From assembly GCA_002633005.1 (NCBI GenBank), contig NMRA01000035.1:1083059-1147058 (forward strand): a stretch of DNA of 64,000 bases. Reading direction: 5' to 3'. Position 1 is the first letter of the stretch. Each line of letters opens with the position of its first letter. Origin of the DNA: Phoronis australis (Eukaryota > Animalia > Phoronida). The notes under the pieces were generated by a model, which saw only the letters and a program-made list of their open reading frames with translations, was not told the DNA's origin and did not search any database. Of the stretch, positions 38,418-50,847 are shown piece after piece. The translations under genes and the position numbers were made by a program.

Positions 38418-39117
38418 ATGTCATTTATTTATCGGAAATTTCTCAACGTTCTACACCATACACTATATTTGTTAATGGCTTGGGTTCGTTGCTGAAATCC
38501 GGCAACTTTATTCAGAGAGTTGTTTTGGAACTAGGAGTAATACGTAATCACACTGTCTGTTAAAGTCCGCAGCAAATCCAAGAGGCAGACAAGGCGCCGA
38601 CATTGCAACCTAATCTGAACTTTGTTGAACAAAATGGCTGGCCCAATCGACCTTCACCTACAAGACTTCATCGAATCACAACACAGACGAAAATAGGTGC
38701 CCGGATGTATAACATTTTCATCCAGGTGAAAATAATTTCCACCCGGGAGAAAATAATTTCCACCTAGGTTGAAATAATTTCCACCCAGGTGAAAACAATT
38801 TCCACCCAGGTGAAAATAATTTCCACCCGGGTGAAAATAATTTCCACCTAGGTTGAAATACTTTCCACCCGGGTGAAAATAATTTCCACCTAGGTTGAAA
38901 TATTTTCCACCCGGGTGAAAATAATTTCCACCCAGGTGAAAATAATTTCCACCCGGGTGAAAATAATTTCCACCTAGGTTGAAATAGTTTCCACCCGGGT
39001 GAAAATAATTTCCACCCGGGTGAAAACAATTTCCACCAAGGTTGAAATATTTCATGGAAAAGGAAAAATAAAAAAATTAATAAACTAAAATAGCGAAGAT
39101 ACTTTCGGGCCACCGTA
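38418..39117. mobile_element. Insertion specific to copy 2, ending ...GGGCCACCGTA; probable non-autonomous DNA transposon carrying a minisatellite
   Basis: Similarity to copy 1 resumes exactly at catttctcagtgg (39118 versus about 12271). The other end is hidden in the gap. Confidence 0.55.
38715..39052 (+). repeat. 21-bp minisatellite, about 16 copies
   Basis: Unit ttccacccgggtgaaaataat with variants. It explains the GGNYFHP and WKLFSPG pseudo-ORFs. Confidence 0.95.
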
Positions 39118-39509
39118 CATTTCTCAGTGGAAGCATCTTTCCTTATCAACGACAAAGCCCCTTTTTCTGCTCACGGATAACGTTTATTTCTGATAGATGG
39201 TTATCTTCTGAGAACCATTGCTGTATCCGATTCTCAAATGTTTAAACTGAAGCTAGTTGTTTCCAGGTTTAATGTTATCTGAACCCATTAAAAGGTGACG
39301 CAAGACGGTTAAATGTTTTATTGATAATTTTTCGTCGTTTCAACACTTAAAGTTTTAGCCACGTGTTTTTTGCAAATCCGGAAAGACGTAATTTGACGTA
39401 AGTATGAGTTTGGTCAAGTATCGTTTCATTTGCTGACTCTTACACGATCAACAACACCCTACTCGCAAACTGTAAACCGTTAAACTCTGTTTTATTACTT
39501 GTTTTTCAG

Positions 39510-39997
39510 ACGTAACTGGTTTCACATGTCCGGAGCAAACCGGCACCTTCCGTAACCCCGCGGATTGTGAGACGTTTTACCAATGTAGTAACTATAATCC
39601 GATAAAAAATTGGTGTTCCCATAATACGTATTTTGATGGTAAAACTTGCACTTGGGACGACACGAAATGCTTCATATCGTCAAAGTCGACAACACCGCCG
39701 CTAACAACACCAGCAGAGACATTAATTATAACCTCAACAACACCGACAAAGTCAAGGTTGACGTCGGCAGGGCTGTCGACGTCGTTGATTACATTGACAG
39801 CACAACAATCGTCATATATGACGTCTACTGAACAGATAACGTCCAAAATGGTACCAATTGAGCAAATGACGTCCCCAATGACATCAACAGGGCAGATGAC
39901 GTCATCGATGCCACTAACTTTACCGATGACTTCATTAAATAGAGGAATGACGGTAACAGCCCCGCATAACGCAAATTTGATTTTAATCAAGTTATGA
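39510..39997 (+). CDS. Copy 2 of the CBM14-mucin exon, truncated with no TM helix; possibly a pseudogene
   Basis: Acceptor gtttttcag at 39509. Reads CPEQTGTFRNPADCETFYQCSNYNPIKNWCSHNTYFDGKTCTWDDTKC and stays open to TGA at 39997. From about 39952 the sequence matches copy 1 position about 18695. Confidence 0.6.
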
Positions 39998-42900
39998 ATT
40001 TTCTGTTGGATAGCTTCACAGACATTCGCTCGTATTCTCTATACAGCTTTCGATCATCAGGCAATTAACTTCCATTCTTGAGTGCAGGTTATTTCGTCCC
40101 ACTTTTCGAATTTCAAAATCCTTCAGTTTTTCCTTGGGGACAAGTTGTGCTAGCCACGATACTCCAACAAAGTTAATATCTGTTTTTAGGGTTTCTAGCA
40201 AAATGCAACACACACACACACACACACNTGGACTTATAACAGTAGACAACTTGGTAACACACGTTTGAACATGTGGAAAGGTATTTAGAAATCCCTTTCA
40301 AAAATTTACGAAACCCTTTCATGAATAATCGCAGGAAAAATAGTGTACCTTCAGTGTGAGAACGCCCGTACTTCGGAAACACTGGAAAGCGATAGGTTCT
40401 GAAAAGAGAAACATGATTCTTCTTAACTTTCCACGAGAAGTTAACTCAAATTGCTTCAATGTCCTGTGTCTGACACCTTCTTCAGCCATGTTGGGTTTCC
40501 CCGCCGTTTCTTGTGGAAATCATCGCCAGTTCAGTATGACGTCATTTGACGTGTTGGACCTAGTGAAATAGAATTAAAATTCTAAATTTAAAAACAATCA
40601 TAATAAATAGGATTTACATAGCGATGCACTTCGGATCTTATAACCTCGACCATGGACCCGGTCAACCCTAATCCTCAACTGCCCGGGAGCATGACGTCGG
40701 AGTACACCGATTAACACATAATTTTGTAAAAATTTTAAGTGCTATAATAAGCCCGTGACTACCTAAATCGGAAAAAAGTCGAAGACTAGCAAAATTTTTC
40801 AAAATTTGACTGTATGCACTTCTGTTTCTATTTGTGGGTCCAAATCTAGTCGTCGGTGGCAGGTACGTCATCACGAAACATCCGAATACAGGACTGAGAC
40901 CACCCTCATTTCTATTCGTAACGTTAGACCTGCTTAACCAAGTATATGAGGGTGTTCCCCATCTTATTCCAATAAACAACGCATTATTTTCCACGCCAGA
41001 GGTCATCGAAATGATCTTAGGTAGGCCTACTTTTGCCTAATTTCTCATTTAACCATGCTTTACCATAAAAGTAATGCGACAAAATGACTCGGTATTCCCC
41101 CTCATGACGGCTGAGCGGAAGCCGAATTCATCGTCAGAGTCGTCTCCCCTCGTGATCAAAGATGAAGGGGAATTAACAGAAAAGTTAGCAAGGCGGTTAA
41201 GACATTCTGTAATTATTTTTGCCGCCATAATAGTCATTTTGATGTTAACAGAATTAGCCGTCATGACGGGAAACGGTATTTTGTCGGATTGCTTTTTCCA
41301 TATGCATTGTACCTCTCTAATGAAGTTGTTTTCGGAACCGTGTCTTAAAGTTTGTAGTCCTAGCCTGAACACCTATACGCGCGATCCGTTTCAGGGTAAC
41401 AGTCGATATCTTCTGTAGGTGGCCAAACACGCAGTGCAACTCTTAATGGTGTGCTTATCCTCTTGGTTGTGCCAAGATCACCGGATATGAAACAGCAACG
41501 TGAAACCAAAGCAAAGAAAATGGAAGCTCCAAAGCGGAGATCGTACTTCACGGTCACAAAGGTTCACTTGGCACAGCCTGCATGACCTGATCAAGAGACG
41601 AACACACAGAAAACTACTGCATTTTGGACCAAGAAAAGTGGGCGTTTTTCTAGAAAGGCGAAAGATGTATAAAAACGATTTTTCTGGACATCTGAGTACA
41701 TAGGTTAACAAATTCTAAAATAAAACTGAAAAAAAACTTTGATAAACTGAGCTGTCAAAGCAGTGTGTCACGAACGCCGCACCGTTGGTCATATCAGCTC
41801 AACCTAAGGAACCCGGGCTTACGTGTGATGGATGACAAAGCATGGCAATTGATTCGAGACACCAAAACGAGTGGTAACAATCGTCATTGCATAAAAAATG
41901 AATCGCGTCGTAATGTTATATTCCGCATCTGGTTACGTCACAGGCTCATTTTAGCGGAGCACCTGCCCAAGTGAACTCACAACCAATACGACCAGTGTTT
42001 TGTGATCCGCGAATAGTGCTGGGGATTGTTCTAAAAAGCAAAAACTGATAAATTATTTTGCTTCTGATTTCTGTACATGTTTTTGTTTTTATTATGTTTG
42101 TAATAGCATATATAAATATTTGAATACTTATATTAGATACTACTTACATTACTTTCAGCTGTGGTTACTGTCTACAACCCAGATATAATGCTTGGCGCGA
42201 TTTCTGGGTTTGTCATTATTTTCCTTGCATATTTTGGGTATTCTTCAATAAATACATATCACCTTGGCAACTGTTTTAGATCAGGTGGGAGCTTGTACTT
42301 ATACATTTCCAGTAAAGTTGGTTGATTTTCGGAGACATGAACTCAAGTGATCCACGTCGTGGGTAGCCCAAGTTATCCCCGAGACAAAACTACAAGATTA
42401 TGGGCGACAAATATGTTTATCTATGGAATAATTAATGGATAAAAAGAAAATTAATCACCAATAATGCGTTTTACAGGAAACGTTGATAGACTAGGTTCCC
42501 AGGGCGGTGATGTGGACGACGCACCGCTGGTCGCACCGGTCCGAGCGATTCCCTACACGAGCAACGTTTTAGATGAGTGAAAAGCACGATTGAAGAAGTG
42601 ATTCCAGGCACGAAAAATTCAGTGGAAACAATCTACATTGAAAAAAATGAAAATAAAGTTCTCGAATACTCTGATTTCAAATTTGGTGACGTCACAGACT
42701 CACTTGGTGCGCTGCCTAAGTACAGGACCTGCCCAAGTGAACCCACTGACAACATACTGCTTCTTGAGCCGCAAAATGTGCTGGAGGTTGTTTCCGAAGA
42801 TGAAAACATCTGCATACATGCATCGTTTCAGGCAAAAATGACAAAACATTTTTGGAACAACAGCGTTCACGTATCAACGTATTTTCTAGTAAAATTGACT

Positions 42901-43900
42901 AGTTTCCGTCAACGTCAACGTCAACGTCTCATACCCGTCGTAGCCAGCACTAGTTATCTTCAAATTGTCGATAGGTATTTTAGGAGCTCAAGAACGGACC
43001 GTAAAAAAACTAAGCACCAAGAAAAGGGACACATTTTGCAGGAAAAGAAAATTTGACAGACTGGGTTGCCAGCTAGATGTCCGGAAGACGCACTGCCCGA
43101 CCAAGTGAACTCCGGCACTAGTTGCAGGTACACGCGATTTCGATGAGCGAAAAACATGGCCAGCGTGATTCCGCACAACAAACATGAGCCAAAAGAATAT
43201 TCTGTTCAGAAAAAATGAAAGGAACTTGATTCTGAGTCTGATGTCGTCACAGGATCACTAGGCCTAGGGGGCTGTCTCTCGAAGAATCTACTGTCTTTTG
43301 ATTAAAAATCAGTCTACTTAGCCTCTTTAACGAAACAAAACTAAGGCCAAAGGTCAGAAAATCTGTCTACAACTCGAAGCCAAAGACCTCTAGCATGTTC
43401 GGAAGCATACTGTAAGTCAAAGCCAAAAGAATCAACCCGAGGCTGAAGGCTGTTCTAGAAACATGCGCTCCAGACATCATTGCTGCTTTTGGCCAGGTGT
43501 TGGTGGATGTTCTAGAAAGGCAAATACGAGGCACTAACTTTTTGATTCAGCAGGGTGGATTCATAAATAGCTAAAATTGATTAATTTTCGGATACATCAA
43601 CATTCACACTGGGCAGAAAATTTAAGTAACTTTGATAGACTGTGTTATCAAGGAGTACACGGCACACATCTGGTCTTGTGTCAATCCGGCAAGTGAACTG
43701 GCCTATCGGAACAGTTGAAGTCCTACATGTTTTCCATGAGTGAAAAACGAAGGCGATTACAGACATCAAAAAACGAATGGAACTAATCGCTTTTGGGGTA
43801 AAAAGAACATTGGGAAAGTAGAAGATCGCACACCTGTTGCCATATAACCCTGGCACGCATTTAGATTTCAACGGTACACTGGCACTCGGCGCACCGGTTT
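39960..43900 (+). pseudogene. Degenerate coding-like relic of unknown family, copy 2 (longer)
   Basis: Chain of ORF fragments 40356-40571, 40834-41040, 41074-41418, 41500-41703, 41765-41974 and 42577-43056. Internal motif cctgcccaagtgaac repeated at about 41962 and 42728, weakly at 43095. Confidence 0.3.
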
Positions 43901-46900
43901 CACAAGGGCCAATAAGTTACCCAGGGAACAGTATTTCGAAGAGTGTATGGTGTTTTGGTTTAAAATTAGGTTCATGGTTGGCCAAGCCCGGATCCATAAT
44001 TTTGAGTTGATGGGGGGGGGGGTCATGGCAGAGTATTAGCCAGGATTTTGCCCGACAGACATTCGCAGGCCCTCCCTAACTGCCAAATAGAATCTGGGAG
44101 AATTTTAGAGGGGGCTGTGCCCCACCTAAATCCTCTTCTTGTTTCATCCGAAATTGGGCTTAGGCTAAAATCTACAACTAGAAGCCAAGACAGAAACCGG
44201 TAGCCTGCCCGAGAGTAGATTAAATATCAAAGGCAAAAGACAAAACACTTTTGGCTGTAGACCGGCAACAGCTAGACTCTAGCTAATGTGGGCAACTCGC
44301 ATACCGGTTGCGACAATTACGAAAGGTTACAGCAGTTGTCTGCCCATGAAACTACTTGCCAAATCCGTGGTTAGTACAAAAACATAATATGCTAGAAAAT
44401 AGCAATACCAGGTGTTTGTAGTCATGTCACATGTCTTTTCTCTAAAATCAGAATTTGCCATATAGAACGTTGTAGTATCCAGAATGTGAAGGAAACTTGC
44501 AAAACGTGATTTGCAGATAAAAAAGTTGGATATCTATCCCAAAAAAAGAACAACAGGTTCTTAGAAAAAAAAACAAATAATACGTTCATCAGAAAGTTCG
44601 AGGTAATTGAACAAGGAAACGCAGTTTGTGAAAATGACTTGTTTTCATAAAAATAATGCAACGAGAATGCCCAAAGAAGTGGGCAAAATGGAATAAAAGC
44701 AACTGATCATAGCTTCAAAAAATTTCTTGCCTACAATTGGGCGCAGAGGCCTTCAACCTCCGACAAAACAGTAATATACAAATTCTTCAAGACATCTTCA
44801 CCAATGTGTGTTAAGTCTTACCGGGTAATTACTACTATAAAGACTCGGATCCCTGACTTTTTTCGGCCATGCACTAAATTACGCAAAAACAAATAAATAA
44901 TGAGGAAAACTGGACAGAACTGCCCAAACTACAACTACACAATGCCTAAAACGTAATAAACGTAACCAATGAAACATCTACATGCCAGAAATTTTCACTG
45001 TCTGGTTATCATATATTTAAATGGATTGCCCCACAGTTCATATAAGACAGACAAATGCACTTAAGAGGGTCTGAATGGGGGCACAAGTCGATCCCAAGTA
45101 TGGGGGTTAATACCCATCCTTAACAAAGAGCACTTAACAGCATATTATTCTAAATGACTTAAAAGTGAAGTCCCTGTATTAGTATAGAATGCCCCAGTCT
45201 TCAATTGGCTTTAAGCAGGACTCCCTATAATATTAACTAAAGATGACCCACTCTAGAGGCCAGAAACTGTTCTTGTCTATGTCATTTTAATAAGAATAAG
45301 TCAGTAAAAATAATAAGCTGTTATTTGCCTTTGTCTCTTAACTGGTATACAAACTAAAAAGCCTGTATAAATATGTAGACAGCTTATTATCACTTATCAG
45401 TTGCAAAATGTAACAGCAGTACACAAACGTATGTAAAATGAATATTATCCAGTGACAAGGTCATTCCATACTTCAACAGGTGTTCAAGTCCCTTTCATTA
45501 ATATTCTGTCATAACCAGTTGGCAGTGTACATTTATAACAGAGTCAAAAACATGATCAGATTGAACAATGTACAAGACAGTGCAGTACCATACAAACAGA
45601 AGATTTAGTGGCATAATATTAGCTTCGATGGTGACCAGCCCGGGCTACAAAATAAGTTTTACTCCACGAGATGTGTGTACAATATTCACTTGTGTTTTGA
45701 ATAATTGCATACATCTAGGATTCAGTTCTGTCCCAGCATATATCATTTAATGAACAAATTGAAAAGCAAAATAAGTTTCTGAACTTCAAGAATGACAAAG
45801 CCGCAAAACAGAAACGAAAGCTCTGTGTGCGGTAGAACAGAAATTTACAAAAATTGATCTAGACAAATGAACAGAATACTAAATCCTGTTTTGTTTATTT
45901 CAACCAAAACTGGTCTTATCCCATGACAAAGTACCACTGCCACTTACCGATAAATAAAAACATCATACACTAGTCAGCTAAAACGCTTCCTCATTGCATC
46001 AAAATTGAGGTTCAGGCAGGCAGGCAGGCACGCAGGGTTTTCCCCACAGCAATCAAACAGCTAACTCACCAACAGCCAGTTGCCAATTTACCAGATTTTG
46101 TACGGACTTTCCAAACATGTTTTAAACTTTTGAGGGTTGACTATGGTTCACAGAGCCTTATATTCTTTCATAATCATATTTAAGCCAGCCCAGTATTTTG
46201 CCGTTTGGCTAGGTACAAAAAATCAAAATAGACTTTTTACTCTCATAAAACAAGTCTTACAATACCATGATAGGGTTCTATTTCTGTTACTAAGTCAAGT
46301 CACATGCAATGTGCAAATGTGCTATTTTCAAATTCGCAAATTTAGAATTTTAGGATTGGCTAACCTTAATACACTCTGAAGAATTTTCTTGAATCTGGCC
46401 TCGATGTTCTAGTTGATAAAAAAATGGAGTTCTCTCATGGAAAGGAATAACATCAGACTGATTGTATGAGAGTAGAAGCTGTATTTCAATTTTTCTTTTG
46501 GCTGGCTGAAGAGGGCAAAATACAGCTTTAGGTTATACAGGCAGTTATTCTCTGTTTATAACATAGATTATAGACATCAGACTCGCAACTCCGACATTTT
46601 CTTGCAAAATATCCAAGAGGAGGCGCCGCCCTCAAAACTTGGCAAACTCAGCTTCTAGTTAGTGTATTGTGACGGAAAAATCTTCCATCTGTTTTACTGT
46701 CCAGTGCAGCAGATGGCATACTTGGCAGAAGTAAAGCATGCTATGTCTGCCAGGTGTCGCTAGTGAATAGCGACGTCACGGCTTATGTGTAAATCACAGA
46801 TTTTGTCCATTGAAAATATACAGAGTTGGTGGTCCATGTACTATAGTCTATGGTTGACAACCTAGGGTTTTGTATCTCTTGAAAGTTGAATGTCAATCTT

Positions 46901-48391
46901 GCATGATGCATAAGATATTCAATTATGACAAGTAGTGCGATATTGTATCGGAAATCCACTCTAACATCCAGTTGTGACACACAACAAACACTGCAGATAC
47001 AAATACCAGAATGTGTCACAAAACTGGCGCTACCCTTTGAGCAGGAAAACCTCAGCTGAGGCCACCAAATAACTGCTTGCTTTTTGTTGAAAAAACCCAA
47101 CAGAATAGATATCTCCACTCGATCATCCCACCAAGAATATCAGAGGAGTTTCAAAGCTCTTTAATTCTGGAGCCCAGCTTAAACGAACTTAGATGTTTCA
47201 AATAGATTTTTGACTAGTTAACTTCATGAGGTCTTTGCTGCAGAGTGCACCAGGCAAACTGCTTATATACACCGCCCAGCTCAGAATACCCACACAATAT
47301 GGCATAGCAACTGCAAATGATAATATTGCAACTACGGGAGTTTTAAATCATCCCCATTCAATTAATTTGGAAGCAAAAAAATCTTAAAACAGTTTATTTA
47401 CATTAATTTACAAAACTGGAATTTGTAATTTTATTTTCATACGATTGCTCTGAGAGGTACTTTGCATGAAAATGGAGAAAATGCTAGATATTAAATAATC
47501 CTGTATAATGTTAATCAACATGGCAATGCCAATTCTAATCCCCGGATGGATGTGATTTTAAAAAATCAGCTACAACATAAAACATTTCAAGTTTTGGAAA
47601 TGTTCTAAACCATGTTGCATTCTTTGGTGAAACTGCTACCATGTAATCACGTTAGTCAGTCATATTTTACGTTATTTTCAAAGAGGTTCTGCAAACATAT
47701 GTACATACGGGGATCCAGAATTTGATAAAGTCGACTAGTTGAACCCAATAATCTTTACAGCCTGCATACCGTTGATGTCTACCTCGGGTGACGAAAATCC
47801 TAGATATGCAACGAGCCAAATGAGGACATAGGGGCAGGCAAGGGCCTCCCTCTGACCACGGTCAAGTAAAAAACGCTGCTGCTTTTATTTTATGGATTAT
47901 GTGAACATTCATCTTGAAATTAGTGGTTGGCTCACCACCTTAGGAATTCCTAGATTCGACACTGATGCTCGTGGAATAGCTATTATGAAAACCAAGGGCT
48001 TGCGTAATTTCTATGTGCTGATATATGAGTTCAACAATTTTTTTAGTTCAGACATGAACTATGGCTCGATTGTCAAGGAAAAGCATTGCTTTGTGATCAG
48101 CATTGCAGAAACTAGAGGATGTACAGCAGAGATTTTCAGTTGACTTAACATAAATCCAATTTACTTTCTCAGTGCAATATGAAATCACATGTGACCATTA
48201 TTTACCACATGTTAAAACCTACTTGTGGAGTCCTCTCTAGATGTCTGCTCAACGTGTAGCAAAACAGTGAACGCAAGCATGTAACAACACAGCGTACACG
48301 AAAAAGGTAACTCCCCTCCTACATGTATCCATATCCGTATTCGTACACGTGTGTTTGCAAAACCTCTCGACCACAATACTGCATCCACTCA

Positions 48392-48568
48392 TCATGCCTC
48401 ATTGTCGTGCACAAACAGCATTTCATTTTTCCCCAGTCCAACCTCGGCGAACGTGGGCGGCTCAAAATCTTCAGACGGCTGGCAAGGCAAAGATTTCCTT
48501 GGAAAGTTTGTGACAATTTGGAAATCATCGGGTGCTTCTTCGTGGCAAAACACGAAATAGTATAGATA
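48392..48568 (-). CDS. FAF2: FAF2 last exon (UBX C-terminal half)
   Basis: ccag|YLYYFVFCHEEAPDDFQIVTNFPRKSLPCQPSEDFEPPTFAEVGLGKNEMLFVHDNEA*, containing the UBX FPR motif. Confidence 0.92.
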   Translation of the reverse strand, partial: YLYYFVFCHEEAPDDFQIVTNFPRKSLPCQPSEDFEPPTFAEVGLGKNEMLFVHDNEA

Positions 48569-49142
48569 CTGGAAAATAAATTAAATCATTGACAACACAA
48601 CAGGCTATAAACTTTAAATTAAGCACCCAATTCACCACAATGAGAACTGTACATAGCTTAGGTGACAACCAGTCAAATTACGTGATAGATTTAAGCATGT
48701 TCGCTTATAAGGTATGGCTGAGTTTGCCAATCTTTTAAATTATGTAAACTGCAGTTTCTTTCACGTAATGCTTTCATATGAAATAAGTTAAGCCTACCAA
48801 ACAGACCATTATTTCAAGGTAACTTTGATTTCAATGTTTATCAAAACGGACTTAACTTGGAAGGGCTGAGAGGCTTTTTGGATGTTTTTTGCAGCAACAA
48901 AAATTATATCCAAAAATTTAATTCTGCCAGAGTCAAATATATTTTGAAGCAGATTTTAAAGGGGTGAAAGATGTAGTTTTAGTTTTGATATTTCGGATGG
49001 CTTAGTTGATTGTGAAATTTTTTCATTTAGTCAATATAAATGGTAAAAAATTAGTCATTCATTTACTAACAGTTGTTATCCAACCCCCACTGAACAGGGA
49101 ATGTTACAATTGACACACACGCACGCACGCACGCACCCACGN

Positions 49143-50769
49143 CCAACAGGATATTTACCTGTAGTCTCAACTAGAGCATGTCCAACAGGATATTTACCTG
49201 TAGTCTCAACTAGAGCATGTCCAACAGGATATTTACCTGTAGTCTCAACTAGAGCATGTCCAACAGGATATTTACCTGTAGTCTCAACTAGAGCATGTCC
49301 AACAGGATATTTACCTGTAGTCTCAACTAGAGCATGTCCAACAGGATATTTACCTGTAGTCTCAACTAGAGCATGTCCAACAGGATATTTACCTGTAGTC
49401 TCAACTAGAGCATGTCCAACAGGATATTTACCTGTAGTCTCAACTAGAGCATGTCCAACAGGATATTTACCTGTAGTCTCAACTAGAGCATGTCCAACAG
49501 GATATTTACCTGTAGTCTCAACTAGAGCATGTCCAACAGGATATTTACCTGTAGTCTCAACTAGAGCATGTCCAACAGGATATTTACCTGTAGTCTCAAC
49601 TAGAGCATGTCCAACAGGATATTTACCTGTAGTCTCAACTAGAGCATGTCCAACAGGATATTTACCTGTAGTCTCAACTAGAGCATGTCCAACAGGATAT
49701 TTACCTGTAGTCTCAACTAGAGCATGTCCAACAGGATATTTACCTGTAGTCTCAACTAGAGCATGTCCAACAGGATATTTACCTGTAGTCTCAACTAGAG
49801 CATGTCCAACAGGATATTTACCTGTAGTCTCAACTAGAGCATGTCCAACAGGATATTTACCTGTAGTCTCAACTAGAGCATGTCCAACAGGATATTTACC
49901 TGTAGTCTCAACTAGAGCATGTCCAACAGGATATTTACCTGTAGTCTCAACTAGAGCATGTCCAACAGGATATTTACCTGTAGTCTCAACTAGAGCATGT
50001 CCAACAGGATATTTACCTGTAGTCTCAACTAGAGCATGTCCAACAGGATATTTACCTGTAGTCTCAACTAGAGCATGTCCAACAGGATATTTACCTGTAG
50101 TCTCAACTAGAGCATGTCCAACAGGATATTTACCTGTAGTCTCAACTAGAGCATGTCCAACAGGATATTTACCTGTAGTCTCAACTAGAGCATGTCCAAC
50201 AGGATATTTACCTGTAGTCTCAACTAGAGCATGTCCAACAGGATATTTACCTGTAGTCTCAACTAGAGCATGTCCAACAGGATATTTACCTGTAGTCTCA
50301 ACTAGAGCATGTCCAACAGGATATTTACCTGTAGTCTCAACTAGAGCATGTCCAACAGGATATTTACCTGTAGTCTCAACTAGAGCATGTCCAACAGGAT
50401 ATTTACCTGTAGTCTCAACTAGAGCATGTCCAATAGGATATTTACCTGTAGTCTCAACTAGAGCATGTCCAATAGGATATTTACCTGTAGTCTCAACTAG
50501 AGCATGTCCAATAGGATATTTACCTGTAGTCTCAACTAGAGCATGTCCAACAGGATATTTACCTGTAGTCTCAACTAGAGCATGTCCAATAGGATATTTA
50601 CCTGTAGTCTCAACTAGAGCATGTCCAATAGGATATTTACCTGTAGTCTCAACTAGAGCATGTCCAATAGGATATTTACCTGTAGTCTCAACTAGAGCAC
50701 GTCCAATAGGATATTTACCTGTAGTCTCAACTAGAGCATGTCCAATAGGATATTTACCTGTAGTCTCAA
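49143..50769 (-). repeat. 39-bp tandem array (about 41-42 copies) built from the FAF2 exon-12 end and its splice donor
   Basis: Minus-strand unit TTGAGACTACAG|GTAAATATCCT(A/G)TTGGACATGCTCTAG. The first unit overlaps the exon end. Confidence 0.97.
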
Positions 50770-50847
50770 TTCCTCATCTTCCTGTCTCTGTCTCTCCTCT
50801 TCCTCTTCTTTACGAGCATTCTCTAACTCTTCTTGCCTTTTCCTCTC
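50758..50847 (-). CDS. FAF2: FAF2 exon 12 (coiled coil)
   Basis: ttag|ERKRQEELENARKEEEEERQRQEDEELRLQ|gtaaat, 90 nt, phase 0/0. Confidence 0.88.

Larger units (their letters stand above)
31385..49141 (+). repeat. Large duplicated segment, copy 2
   Basis: See copy 1. Differs from it by several copy-specific insertions and deletions. Confidence 0.85.

Noticed and set aside
38654-39155. ORFs with GGNYFHP and WKLFSPG repeats
   Set aside because: Translations of a 21-bp minisatellite.
49143-50769. CRISPR-like array
   Set aside because: Units are head-to-tail with no unique spacers, no cas genes are present, and the context is a eukaryotic intron. The same applies to the 94-bp and 35-bp arrays.
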